Shown one piece after another: positions 1-13,207 of a stretch of 64,000 nt of DNA. Source of the stretch: Tubulanus polymorphus (lineage: Eukaryota > Animalia > Nemertea); NCBI RefSeq assembly GCF_964204645.1, contig NC_134030.1, forward strand, positions 10,499,947 through 10,563,946, given 5' to 3'. Position 1 is the stretch's first letter. Each line of letters starts with the position of its first letter. The notes under the pieces were generated by a model that did not search any database, was not told where the DNA came from, and was given only the letters and a program-made list of their open reading frames with translations. A program made the translations under genes and the position numbers.

Positions 1-174
1 CTGCAAAACAGCGCCATCGTTTATTTAACAACCGACAACAGTGACTGTCACTAACATTTCCAAGTGTGTTCTTCGATTTAAACCAATAATCCTGCATAAT
101 TTCGACAGACCATCCAACTATATTCGTACTTCGATTTCAGATTTCAAAATCAAACTTTGAAGCAGGTGTGGGGC

Positions 175-316
175 AAAATCAAATCAAATACAGAAAAATC
201 AAATCAATCAAATCGATTCAAATCATTCCCCAAATCGATTCAAATCATTCCTATCAATAAAAAAAAATCAAAAATCAAGTTAAATCAAATCAAATCAAAT
301 CAATCAAAAATCAAAG
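175..316. repeat. degenerate (AATCA)n microsatellite
   Basis: Repeated aaatc/aatca units. Confidence 0.8.
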
Positions 317-335
317 AAATCCATTTAAGACTTAC

Positions 336-494
336 CTTTTCATCGTCACCGGTGAAATGACAGCCATTTTGTCGTTTATTCACTACTTGCGCGACACCTA
401 TGATCTCGCCGTCGGCGTTGTGTATAGGCATACACAACATGGATCCGATCCGACATCCAGCTATCCGATCTACGTCGGGGTTGTATCGGGGGTC
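336..494 (-). CDS. PDE11A: PDE11A-like phosphodiesterase, next exon (second half of GAF-A)
   Basis: 159 nt, phase 0/0: DPRYNPDVDRIAGCRIGSMLCMPIHNADGEIIGVAQVVNKRQNGCHFTGDDEK, containing the GAF NK..F..DE motif. Acceptor ttttcag at 501-495, donor GTAAGT at 335. Joins in frame to ...HTYNRERTVE. Confidence 0.93.
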
Positions 495-999
495 CTGAAA
501 ATACACAATATTCGATTGATCAATACCATTCAGGGGCGATCGAGAATATTCGGAATAGAACCAGCTCAAACAAGGGGAGGATATGCAACCTTTCTATCTT
601 AACGTCCACAGAAGATGCGATTTCAGTGATTCCAGGTGGGGAGTACGAATGCGATCATCATCGACCACCGAAAGTGGGAAATTGTATCCAATGATTTCTT
701 AAGATGATAATCTGTAAATTCGTATAGCACCTGCTTCTTTTATGTACAAAATGTTCACCAGCGCGTTTTATAGATTTCATTGAAACTAAATGCGTTCCAT
801 ACGCTTTACAGAAAATCTCTAAATCCAGAATTGCAAAAGATTATGCAATATATCGGTAGCATTGTTGGCCAAAATGTTTTCAGACGGTTTGCGAAGGGAT
901 AAAAATGGGCCAGATACAACAATAAAATGACCACTATGATTATCATCAAGAATGTGAACATTTATTGTCTAAATCGTCTCATTGAGTGATTGAAGAAAT

Positions 1000-1294
1000 C
1001 AGGGGCGGATCCAGAGCTTAGATTGAGGGGTAGCACCCAATGAAAGGAGCAATTATCATTAAAAAGAGACATTATCCACCAGTAGCGATATGGTCTGGTG
1101 GCCTTGCCCCAGGGCAATTTTAGAAAATTAACCCCTGCAGAAGCAATTTCCAATTTCGAACTGATTTCAAGCAAAGAAAGATATCTTAGGAGCCTTGCGG
1201 ACGTCCTCAGGTGGTACCGGATTTTTAACCGGAAAGATTTTCGGGGGCCATCTGAAAATTTTGAGGGTAGCATGTGCCCCTTAATCCGCACCTG
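1000..1294 (+). mobile_element. MITE family A (CAGGGGCGGATCC termini; hAT-like)
   Basis: Inverted termini; colinear with 13208-13499; 3'-end fragment at about 32085-32141. Confidence 0.8.
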
Positions 1295-1583
1295 ACAATG
1301 AGGAATCAATCGTGATTAGTGTGAAAATATACAAGTTTCGAGTTGTCGTCTGAAGATTGTCAAGCTGACTGACGCACAGTGTCCAGTGCTAGTATAATGA
1401 TTAACTCCTAAATCGATTTAAGATAAACTGAATTAATGAAGTCATAATAGATATTGACGCTGCGGGCAGGCGATCATTCCACAAACACGTTGCAACACGT
1501 GGAAAGCTCTATTTCCGATGATAAATCTGCTGATGGGTTGGGGTGATAGTAAGTTGCGCGATGAGCGACTGGAGATACTATGA

Positions 1584-1868
1584 GCCGCGATCACACGGAG
1601 ACGATTTGGCCCGGGAAAAATTGGTCCGGAATCAGGCCCGATTCAATTCTAGTCCGTGCCTAATATTAGAGAGCGCGTTCACACGTAAACCATTCACCCG
1701 ATACTTAACAACGCTTAAACAAAGCATAGAAGTCACTTCCGGTATTGAAACGTGCTAGTATATGGCTCGGACCGAACTGGCACGGGCCCATGCATTTTGC
1801 ACCCGTTTAAACGGTTGTTTCGGGTCGAATTCGACAGGCCCGGGACAAAAAGCTCTTGTGAACGCAGC
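1584..1868. mobile_element. PIF/Harbinger-like MITE (GCCGCGATCACACG termini)
   Basis: TGA target duplication; relatives at 23315-23574 and 43168-43687. Confidence 0.75.
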
Positions 1869-2624
1869 TGAAGTTTTGGCGCAACGCTTTGAACTTAATA
1901 TACGATTTTCAAAAGCCCTTTGATCCGTGCCTTCACTAGGTACAGAATCACTCGAGTCAAATCCACTCGTTTCTTTTCGTCCTTCAATCGAATTGGAAAA
2001 CTAGGAATCGAATTAAATTCTTTTACGCGATTAGAATTTCCACGGTGCGGGAGTGCGGTAAAAGTGTTTCGGTCGAATTATCTAATCAAAAGACGCGATT
2101 TATTCGATACGGTTTCGTATCAATCGATAACTCGAAACTTCTATTCCCGCGTAGTCGCTTTCAATCCAATTAAACCGCGACTGATGTAGAAACTCGATTT
2201 ATTGGAACCTGTCCGCTCCATGAACGGCGACAAACGAAAAAAAATCGACGAAATATCAGGCGAGATTTTTTTTTTACGAAATAGACAAAATCTAGCGTGA
2301 TCCTATTCATGAGATTTATCTGCCGCAAATTATAGCACACGCGGGGATATGCGCGGCTTCCGATCACGTGATCGCGGACAATCAATCAAAAGTCCTTTTT
2401 TTCCTCTCTCTCTCTCTCAGTCGAAGTAGCGGTGCGGTAAAAGGATTCGATATAGACTCGTCGATGTCGTCACACTGTTAAAAGCAATGAATAAACATAA
2501 GCCTTCTCGAGTCTCACTCGTCGTCGGTCGTCGTCGTCGAGTTGCGATGTGCGACGGCGACGAAATATGCATGTCATCGGGGATCGATTTTCTTTCAAGA
2601 CGGAATCGGTTCGAGAAGTATATA

Positions 2625-3534
2625 CCGTCGCTGTTTTCGCTAACCGACGTATCTCGAAAAAATGATTTTTGAGTTTAATCCATTAAAAAGATGAGGGAAG
2701 TGCATACTTTATTTATACATACCAAAATAGGATTCTACCTCTTTTGGTTTCTGACCCATATAGAACCCTGTATGACGTATCTCATATTTATGGCAAAATC
2801 ATTTTTTCACTAACCGACGTTAGTTTAGATGCGCCACTTAGTGAAACAAAATTACATGAAATCACGATCTTAATCATATTTCACTAAGAGACGTATCTTA
2901 TCTAATCGTAATTGCCACAATGGAAAAATTGCTAAATAAGTTCAAATGGAGTTATTTAACATGGAGCACGCCCAAGGAACACGATTTATTGTGTAGCCGT
3001 TCCTAAGTTGTAATTCTTGTAGTTAACCTCATCATTGCTAAACAAAAATGATAGGGTTAAAGTTAAAGATTGTTAATATATGTGAACAATTGCTATCAAA
3101 TTGAAATATTGTTTAATTTTAGACTCATTGAGTTATAATTTTCTTTACATTCGAAGAATGAGTCATTATTCATATCTAAATGCATATAATTGTTTGTTTA
3201 ATAGAGAGACGTATCTACAAAAACAGGCAGTTTTATTTTTCACTAACTGGCGTATCTAACAGGATAAGGTGTAGTATCTGGTGAAAATCAGAAATTTTTT
3301 TTCACTAACCGACGCACAACTTTGGCCCCCTAAATTTGGAAAATTTTTGGAGCTTGACTAAAAACAATAACACCGTATGATAATTAAGGTAAACCTTTCC
3401 ATTTTGGAAAAATATAATGTTGAGATGACATGAATATCTATACCGATCAAGCTACCAAACATTTCCCGATTTTCAAATGCCATTTGTGAAAAATCAATTT
3501 TTTGAGATACGACGGTTAGTGAAAACCGCGACGA
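2625..3534. mobile_element. about 910-bp non-autonomous TIR element (Tc1/mariner-pogo-like)
   Basis: About 45-bp TIRs starting CCGTCGCTGTTTTCGCTAACCGACGTATCTC; TATA on both flanks; internal copies of TTTCACTAACCGACGTATCT. Confidence 0.85.
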
Positions 3535-4543
3535 TATAATGTATCGGGCGTTGATCCGCCTACGTAAGCGTTCGACGGAGGACCCTAGTGCAGCATTGAG
3601 ACCGGAAGAAAAATGGCATCGAACGCCGTGATACGATAGTTTATGTCGTAATGTTGCCGTAGTTACTCGCGCGCGGGTCGCTCATATATCAACGGGACAT
3701 TCTTAAAACATCACGAAAAAAATGGCAAGCGTTTGTACCAAAGTCCATTGAAAGACGCGCATAATCCCCGACCGTACCTTACCAGTTCGCACAAAGGACT
3801 TTTGTTTTAGGATCAATGGTCAAACGTAGAATTCTCGTCGTTTCAACCGGCGTACAAGTCTCTTGGCGGATTGATCGTCGTTTCATCATGAACAATATAG
3901 TGTCGTGTGCCGACGCTAACGCCACGCTAAAAAGACCACAAAAACACCGGCATTCGTCTAGTAAACTGAGACGCCGATAGGTTGTTGGTTCAAATCTAGT
4001 TTGAGGGACCACAGTGTTGGTGGTTGACTGTAACGGTCCCCGCTGCTGATCCATGTGGTGCTCGTTGATATACGAGACAGCCTAACAAGACTTGGAAGTT
4101 CCGAAAATATGTATAGAACATTTATTCGGAACTTTTATACACAAACTATGAAAGAGATGATTATTTTGATATTTGAATGACTTTGAGTGAACAGTTTTAG
4201 TCGATTTAGTGCTGTAATATGATAGTACAGTATTGACATATTATGTATAAAAGTCTATTAACAATTCCCGACTTAAAGGACCGATCATAACGAAAACACA
4301 AAGATTGGTTTTCGGAAAATATAAAGTTTTGGATTTGGGCCGACCAGTAATACGAATGCAGTGAAACAGGAATAAACCCAGTATCCTAGAGTCACTGATT
4401 CGCCATTAACTATGGAAACAACTAGATTTAGAAAGTTCTGATCACATTACCACCTCGAAAAGATAAAGAAACACATACGTAGTCTCATCATTACTTGAAA
4501 CCCCGTTTATGACTTAGGCAATGGATAGTTATATACCATGCTT

Positions 4544-4692
4544 CAATGGGCAAACCGCACCGCTACGGTGGCATTCGAGGATTCCACGTATGGCACGTGA
4601 GGATCTACCAGGAGTCGCTAGTAGACGGTCGGTCTACTGCGTTCTTCTACGTTTCAATTAAAACTGAATGAACTTTTCTCAACTGAATTGAT
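4544..4692 (+). repeat. dispersed repeat family K
   Basis: Core GATTCCAAGTATGGCA..GAGGATCCGCCAGGTTCGCTAGT; also at about 14756-14875 (+), 25040-25145 (+), 42360-42506 (-) and 50170-50330 (-). Confidence 0.7.
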
Positions 4693-5432
4693 TCTCAATG
4701 GAAACTATACCGATTTCCGAGCAGAGAAATTAGAAAACTACTAGTAAAATCAACTACGACACGCTTACGCAGGCTATCGGGATCATTTTGAAAAACGAAT
4801 CCCCCGTCGAGATGTACAAATAACGAGGTTTTAGCGTGTGCAGAACACACCGGCGCAATGCGTCTATCCGCGAATAAATGACTATCGGTCCGAAGTAGCG
4901 CGTCGCTAATTACGGCTCCCCATGAGATATTAGCGATCTGAATGTGTGAACAATCGCTTCGAAACCTCTCTGGGACGAGCAGTTGTTGTTTTTATCGAGG
5001 CCTAATTGGCGTCACTTGGGCTGCGCTAAACTGTCGTTAACATCATTCGTCGGATATATCGGGGGCCGATGGGGACATTTTTTTTGACAACGCCGCGCAC
5101 GCATCGCTAGCAAATTGTCTTTACGGCTCAATATTGAGTCACCGTTCGCAGTTTTTCTCGTGTAATCCTCGTTAGCTGTGTATAATGGATCACCTCCCGA
5201 GCTGGCTCATTTTATTTAAAGCACGTATCGCATAAGAAACGACTCGTGTTAAACCTTCTCGTTTCGAACTCAGGCGAGCTTGACATTGTACTAAAAATGC
5301 TACACCGCGCTCATTTTGTGTTCTCGGAATAAACTGGAGTGATATAGGTATAGCATTATACCCGTCCAATATATGGTGCGTTTCTTTCTTTACGAATGAA
5401 GCTGCCGAATTTGCGTCTCTTGGTAGAAACGT

Positions 5433-5601
<169 letters not shown>

Positions 5602-5850
5602 GCAGAATAGCCACAATCAAACGTGCAGAGAAGACGATGTGATAAAATCCATTTATGTACAGATTTAAAGAAATAAAAACCGATAATTTATTGAATCACA
5701 AGTATATTCGAAGACACGAAGTTACAATGTAACCCTAGATATCATCGTCAGGTGAAATCGAGACGACGTGTCTATCAATATATTTTTTGATTCAAGAAAT
5801 TATCGTTCTTTCATACATTTAATCTGTAAATAGTCGGTTTCTATCATAGA
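5602..5850 (-). mobile_element. diverged palindromic Penelope-type element
   Basis: Similar to 61030-61293; centre reads CACCTGACGATGATATCTAGGGT on the minus strand; abuts the (TA)n tract. Confidence 0.65.
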
Positions 5851-6129
5851 AGCTACGCTTGCTCCTTATACCCGGGTTAACCGTTTCCGCTTCGCCTGAA
5901 ACGCGGGTTCAATGCAGAGTTTTCCGCAAAAAAACTTTGTCTGAGAATCCGTTCTTAAAAAAAAGAGTTCACCCCGCACTAAACCCGCATTCGCATACTA
6001 CTCAACATTTTATTCTAGTATAGACGGTAAATTTGCCGTATCATATTCAACGTTCAATGCCGCGTTCGGACGCAACATTGACCTTGAACTTCAATCACGG
6101 ATGTTGATTCGTACTACATTGAAGCTGAG

Positions 6130-6585
6130 TTAAGGAACGACCTAATTATTCCATATTTCAAGGGACAATTAAAGAAACACTCATTAAAAGTTATAGGCCC
6201 CCAATTCTGGAACAAATTAAATACAGATATAAAAAAATCAAAAAGTTTATTCGCTTTTAAAAAGAGGCTCAAACATTCCCTTGTTGAGCGATATTCGTAA
6301 TTTATTATGTCAATCAGTGTATGTATGTCATTGTCAGTCAGTATATGTATATGTATGTCAATACGTTGTATTATGATCGGTATTATGTCGTTTTTCTACT
6401 CTATTTCATTTCATTTTATATATTTTCTATTCTAGGGCTGCTTTCTTGTATAAGCTAACTGTTGCTTCAAAGCAGTCCCCCATCTAATATCATTACAATT
6501 TTAATGTATTTGTTTATCCATTAATTCTGTAAAAATTTTACATGAAAATAAATCATATCATATCATATCATATCATATCATATCA
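6130..6585 (+). mobile_element. 5'-truncated CR1/L2-group LINE (ORF2 C-terminus, 3'UTR, (ATATC)n tail)
   Basis: 6130-6300 reads ...HSLKVIGPQFWNKLNTDIKKSKSLFAFKKRLKHSL..*, typical of ORF2 ends; followed by a 3'UTR hairpin, AATAAA and a pentamer tail. Confidence 0.85.
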
Positions 6586-6968
6586 AGTGTAGACGCGCTA
6601 CTCGCAGGGAACGCGGGAATCCGACTAGTGTAGACGCAGATATACGTCATAAATCGCATCAACTCGAGTAGCCTTATAATAAAGACAATCACAGTGGTCA
6701 GTCCGCGGATAACCGATTTAGAATAGTGGATCCACGTGACGCAGACAAGATAGTGGTAATTATGATGGGTTTTGATGCGTGCAGGGGAAACGAACAGTGT
6801 GATAAGATTGACTGCTTGCGCTATCGATATCAGCAGTTTCATGTGCGTGGTCAAAAGCTATCTAATATATGTAACTCGTACGGTTGCATTTTCCATCAAT
6901 GCCATACCGTAATGGATCTTTAGGACTTGGAGAAAAAGTCACCCGCGATGGCATCGTTTGCCAACCGA

Positions 6969-7632
6969 CGCACACACGATGCAAGGAAACACGGAAACTG
7001 GCGTGAGAAAACGTGTTTCCGAGCGTTCACCTCGTGCCATCCTGCCCGGCAGGGACTCGAACCTGATGGCATCGAGATTGCCACGGTACGAAACCCTGCC
7101 ATACTAGACCGAATGCGCAGATACACGCGCAGCTTCGATGATTAGCCAGGGCATCACTTGGGAATCCCTCTAGAAGGGCTTTCCCAGTGACATTATCAAG
7201 AACTGTTCTCTACCATGTACTTGTCACTCATAGGGAAAACCCATTACCATGTAAATCATCAAAGTTGGACATGCTTGCTACAAAGTGCACCAAAATTTCA
7301 TCTTTATCAGCTGTCCAATCAGAAATCCTGTTTTATTTAAGCCCGGGTTTTCCCATTTATAGTTCTTCCGTGAAATTTAACTCAGCGATTATACAACTAG
7401 CAATCTGATTGATGCCGCAAGTTTTCGTGCGGCAAACATGCGCATGTACCTGCTCACTCCGTCTAGTGTGGCAGGGGTTCGCGCCGTGGCTGAGCGATAC
7501 CATCAGGTTCGAATCCCTGTGCCTGGGGAGGATGACCTCGTGTGCGTTTATGAGAAAACATGATTTCGGAAAAGGATGTTTCTTTCAGTGTTTTTTCCGT
7601 ATGTTTCGATGTTTCCCTGTTTGCTGTGTGCG
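6969..7632. mobile_element. MITE family C, interrupted by a family B element
   Basis: Removing 7038-7543 restores similarity to about 46915-47085; partial copy at about 60422-60490. Confidence 0.7.
7038..7534. mobile_element. MITE family B with tRNA-like TIRs and 9-bp TSD
   Basis: CATCC...GGATG ends; TSD ACCTCGTGC/ACCTCGTGT; GGTTCGAATCC at 7506-7516. Confidence 0.85.
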
Positions 7633-8589
7633 AAGGGCTTTCAAAGTTGATCGTCCGGTTAATCGTCCGTCGAATGTACCCAAGGTTGTAGGATACGTAT
7701 ACGGTCTGCCCTTCTCAAATGTGAAAACTCTAAACCATCTCCGAGAACAGCAAATCAAATACAGTTTGAGTCGTCGTGTACTGAAGAAAGAACACCGTCA
7801 AAACAAGTCTATACGAAAGATGTTTTTAATGTCGTTATACAATGTTCATTATGTCGTTATCAATAAGTAGTCACGATCCCAGGAAATACTTTCATCCTTT
7901 TGGGGCCTGGTACCGGAGAAGTTAATAGTGACATAATATGGCGATCGGATGTATGTAAGAAATCTGGCTGAACGCCAAGAGCGCAGAACGAGCTTAATTA
8001 CCGTCACCCAATTATGGAAACGTCAACTTCGTTCACGGCCAGACGATAGAATGCGACTGAAATCGACTACATCGAATATGTCCGAAAGTGTAGAAAGACA
8101 TTCGGAATATTCTCTCGGCGATCGCGTCGCGATTGTAGAAAGTACTTCAAGAAACATATTAACTCCGAGACTCGATACTGTTTTAATACCACTCTCCGAC
8201 CGAAGGTAAGTGCCGCGTGGACGCCGTATATAACGAACGCTTTAGAAACGGCCTGATTACTTCCGATAGACGGAATTTTATCGTCGACTGGTCGTGGACA
8301 TCAAGCGCCATCATCGTTCCGCTACTTCCGCCTTCAACGGATACGATAAAAGACCGCTAGGCGTAACATTCAGCGCCGACTCCATCATCATTTAGGCGTG
8401 AATCGAAGTATTCGGTGATCGCTGTATATACGCGGACACGCCGAGGTTCCTCGACTGGATCTTTTCAACCGGAACCGTTTCTTCTGAAAATAACCCAAAG
8501 GCAAGCCACAGGCGACAACGGTTCGCGTGTTCACAGTCGAACCCTGAAATTACCATGCATTAGTTTCCATTACATTTAGGATATGTTAT

Positions 8590-8895
8590 ATCTAGGGCCA
8601 ATAGCTAAATTTAGTCAGGACAACTTAAATGTCGACCCCGTTCCTCAGTTATGAGGTCACCTCGAAGGCCATGTCGCTGAAAAACAGAATTTATATTGCC
8701 TAGTTCTGCCGCTATGTAGCGCACTGGGCATATTCTTCGCTTACACCGAATAAAAGACCCCCATGATAACATTGTACCCAAGTTTCATCAAGATCGAGCC
8801 ACTAACAACGAAGCTAAGTATCTGAATGACAGATATACGTAGAGACAACAAGACAGTAGGAGAATCTGATAAGGGTCTCAAGAAGGCCCGAAAAC
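8590..8895 (+). mobile_element. Helentron/DINE-1-like non-autonomous element
   Basis: Shares ATAACATTGTACCCAAGTTTCATCA..AACGAAGCTAAGTA and a GACA-rich tract with about 42865-43125. Confidence 0.6.
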
Positions 8896-9384
8896 CAATA
8901 ACGACGAATGTTACAGATGACCCTAGATCCCAATTTCTGGATCACGTGACATCAATACGTACTTGTCTTCTTCGCGAGACCGATCACTTGTCAAAAAAGT
9001 CCTCGGCGAAATACGGAAAATTCCATATGAAATATTTATATCAATATTTGCATCGATGCCTAATTTCAATGCGCTCCTGAACAGCTACTTGATAGATCTG
9101 ATGCTGTCAGATATAAATTGCTGGCTCATAACGTTTCGCAATATGTATGTACTTAACTGTTCTAGCATTATTATAGACTATGCACTGGGGGATATCGCGT
9201 AAATAACGCGCATATTTTACAGAGAAAGCTTGGAGTAAATATTTGGAAAGGAAATTATCATCTACTGTGGACCACGCCCAAGTCGGATTCGGATACGATC
9301 AACTCAGACTAACCGGGTGTTTGAAAAAAACTATTTTTCTGACACTAATGAAATGTATAACATCCAATTCGGCTATCATAGTAT

Positions 9385-9725
9385 AGTAGTTTATTCGTCA
9401 TCACCACTATGTACAAAATTGACAATAACAAAATAGATTACAAACATTGAGCAGAGCCATAAACACAAGCTCAATATCAATATCGGTTCTCTTTTAAACC
9501 TACCAATGAGGCTGCTCATAGTTGGAGCGGATTTAATGAATACAGGTTAACTTTGTGCCAAATTGAAGGAAATTTACAGAGAAATGACTTATTGAAAATG
9601 CTGGTTTTGTGGGTCTTGATTCTAGGGTGGTTTCGAGCTCTAATATTAAATCTATGATTTTAAGAAATTTCTATAAAATAGATTTACAATTGGTCGCGGA
9701 TGTTGGTTATTTACAAATCGCTCAA
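9385..9725 (-). mobile_element. decayed LINE ORF2 C-terminal fragment
   Basis: FVNNQHPRPIVNLF / NHRFNIRARNHPRIKTHKTSIFNKSFLCKFPSIW, with frameshifts. Confidence 0.65.
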
Positions 9726-12250
9726 GTCGGACACATTTTTGCGGTCCTAAAAGATCCGGCTCGAGCGAAATCCGCCGTATTGAATTCATCGGAATTGTCG
9801 ATCGGAATGTGTTAGATGTCGGAATGTGCACGGACGACAGCATGCGTCTCCCATCATGTATCGAACGCTTCAGATGGTTTGAGCGAAATCCGCTGTTAGT
9901 ACGGCGAGGGTTTTGACGGAAGCAAAATAAAGAAAAAAAAACGTTAAATCTATTCGCAACTGCGAAGCGTTCGGGAGAATGTATTCCTAGAAATCAATTT
10001 CAATATTTCTTCTTTTAAGTTCGATTCGAAGAAAAAAAGATTCGATTTAGAAAACATAATTTTCCGTTATTTCGTCGTCCGCGGATTTAATCTGCCGTAA
10101 ACCAAAGTATCAGAGTGTCGTCGCGCGGGCGTATGCTCAATTTTTCTTCCTCCCGTATTTGATTTTCTTCTAAGGTATCTGAGAAGCGAGATGGCAGTAG
10201 GCAGATTACACGCCGTACAATTTAGCCACGTATGTACGACAGTTGTGCATGACTCTGATAGTGAAGGAAAAAACTATTATACGAATGTCATGAGAAAAAA
10301 AAGTACAATACATTAATAGACATGTATTGAGCATTATGAGATCCTGTTTTCTTTTCCGAGTTCGACAAGTTCGCTAATGCGTGATGTACAGTCATTGGTC
10401 ACGTAAGAAATTAACAACTGTGTTAAAAGTTCGTTATTCGAATCCTTCAAAATTGGAAGGACGATGGGGGACGCGTATATGTATATGATGAAAACAGATT
10501 GTTCTTCTGAAAAACTTTATCGATTGGCTTACCTCTGTGGAGGCAACATATGTTCTTTGGGTTCGATCGAAAATACAGATTTTTGGTTCAATGGGTTATT
10601 TGAATATTTCCCTATTGAAAGGTCCCCCGAAGAATCATCACTAAGAAAGAGGTTCTTAGGAGAACCTGTCCATGAGAAATGACGGGTTCACTGGAGAAGC
10701 TAGGGGTTCAACTAAAAATGTTCTATTTTAATAATGGCTCTATATTAAAATCAGGGGCTCCTTCGTTAGAGGTAATCCATATACTGAACTAGCAACTCAC
10801 TTATCCCTTACCTTATTCACTGAATGTGTTCTGATCCGTTGGACCCAGTTCCACAGTTCTGAGTTAAATTTGACTCTAGAAGTAACTCATTGAAAATCAA
10901 CTAACTCTAACTCACAACAGGAACCGGGCACTGGAGTTCGCGCATTTATGATAAGGCTGAATGAAATGTTAATCGATTTAAGATATAAACGATACTTTTT
11001 TATCTACCCGGTACAAGAAGAAAATAATACAACGTAGTAACCCAGATATAAAACGTTTTAAGTAATGAAACTTAAGGAACTAGATTCGGAAGTGTCACAG
11101 TATGAACACAGTATTAACACTACTGTTACAGTTTCGTATAAACAGTATACAGTATCTTAACAGTAATACTGACTTATCGGTATTTGAATTCGGGATGCCG
11201 AGATTGTTTATCCTGTTTTTCGGACGCGGAGTTCATCGAAGAACGATGATAAATTGGCCGCAGCTCGTCGTGTGTCCTAGTTGACCCGGGTTTCAACCGC
11301 GTTCAGTGCGAATCAATCACTTTGTTATCGGTTTGGTGGGATTTGCGCTATCGATCGGCGGCCGATCGACTATGACGTCAATTCTGGCAAAGCGAATGAA
11401 ATCACATCCGCTCCGATTCACCGATGTATATAGGACTATCCCCCTAGGGATAGGAAAGCGGGATTCTAAAGCGATATACGCCGGCTTTTATCGAGCGCGG
11501 GTAATGATTTTTATTGATGCCCTCGGGGGTATCATCTTTTTCCGCTAGTCGTAGGCCAAGCTATAGAAAGCCATAGAATCGGTATTCATCGTAAAGGTCT
11601 TAGGGCCAGTTCCATGAAAGGTTTAACATCAACTTATCTCCGAGTGACGTACAGCGCATACCGTTTGCACCCAAAACACTATAGATTAAAAAAAGATCTA
11701 TTTTCTCGAAATTTTGTAAGCTATCATCTGATATGTTGGTTTCCATAGACGGGTGACTGTATGATATCAATGAAGTAAAAAGCCCACATGAAACAAGAAA
11801 AACTAATTCGAAAGTGTTTTGACGCCATGAAAAAAAACATTATATTGCTTGATATTGAATGAATAATTTGATATAGATCATACAATATTAAGGATCAATA
11901 AATCAATTGGATTTGACGATTGTTTGTATTGATCAGCAAACAGTCCCGAAATATTGATGACGTTGTGCACATCCTCTCAAAAATGCTTATCAAAAGTATA
12001 AAAAGGGTTATTGAATATATATGATTACGTAATAAACGCCAATATTCAATGATTGTAAAAGTTGTTTTAGAACACCAATATTGATGACGAAGTGCACATC
12101 GAATCACAAAGAACCCCTTAAATAAAGCATGTTATGTATCAATGTATTTTAACATTATTGTAATGGTTTTTACGGCGCCAATTAAATGAGAGCTTGACGT
12201 TTCGACCCCTTTCAAAATCAACTTCTCACTCACCACATTCTCGCAGCGGT

Positions 12251-12356
12251 TCAAGTCCAGTATAGCATTAAATAGTTCCGATAAGATAGTAATTTCAAAT
12301 ACCAGTCCGATATGATCGGTTTTTGCTGGAACTATCTAATGCTATACTGGACTTGA
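12251..12356. mobile_element. small palindromic MITE
   Basis: TCAAGTCCAGTATAGCATTA..TAATGCTATACTGGACTTGA; half-copy at about 12515-12577. Confidence 0.75.
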
Positions 12357-13207
12357 GGCCAATGGATCTTACGTGGTATCATACTCATAAGTCAATAATT
12401 TGCTGGAATATCAGAACGTCGGTAACCTGATATATGTCGGTTTGTCGGTTTGTCGGTATGTCGGTATGGCGTAATGTACGTGTGATTAATAAGTTCACTA
12501 TTGGCGGATTAATTTCATTACCAGTCCGACGTGATTGGTCTCTGCTGCAACTATGTGATCTTATAATGGACTTGAGCCCAAGCAGCTAAGAACCTTGCCG
12601 CTAATTGCTGTATTGTATTAACTGCACAATATATCAGTTTTTGCAAGTGGCCCAAACGTCAAATTTATTTCTCATTTTTTTTCATCATATTGCTGGTTTT
12701 TTCTTCATTCAACTGATATATCTACACAAATCTTAGCAATTGTCAGCCACGGGCGGTATTCAACAACCTTTCGGTCTACAGATTCTAATCGCAGACTCAA
12801 AGTATTAGACCATGTACATCGACAAACAAAAACATTCTTAATCCGGCATCGTCGCCGTCCGACGTAGTTATTTCGTTAATCCGTTTACACGCAACATGTC
12901 GCTCAGTTTTTTTTTACCAACGCCGACGACCGGAAGATGTAAAATTGATCGCAACATTTTATTGCTACGCGAAACACAGGCTCGATGTCGATTTCACATT
13001 AAGAAGCAACCATCACGCGCGAAGATAAAATGTCGTCGGTTTTTTTTTCGTCCGTCACAAGGAGAAAAGCTGAAGTAAAAATCGACACTTTTCTGACTAA
13101 ATCGTTTTTACAGATGACCCATTTAACGAGGTGATTTGGTCGCACGATGGAGCGTCGGAATGGAACCGACTGTTGACGCTGTCTCGTGCCAGAGTATATG
13201 CCGTACG

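Noticed and set aside
2635-3525. CRISPR-like recurrence of a 20-bp motif
   Set aside because: Irregular spacing, both orientations, inside a TIR element, eukaryotic context, no cas genes.
7460-7534. Possible tRNA genes at GGTTCGAATCC motifs
   Set aside because: No convincing acceptor or anticodon stems; they are arms of a repeated TIR element.
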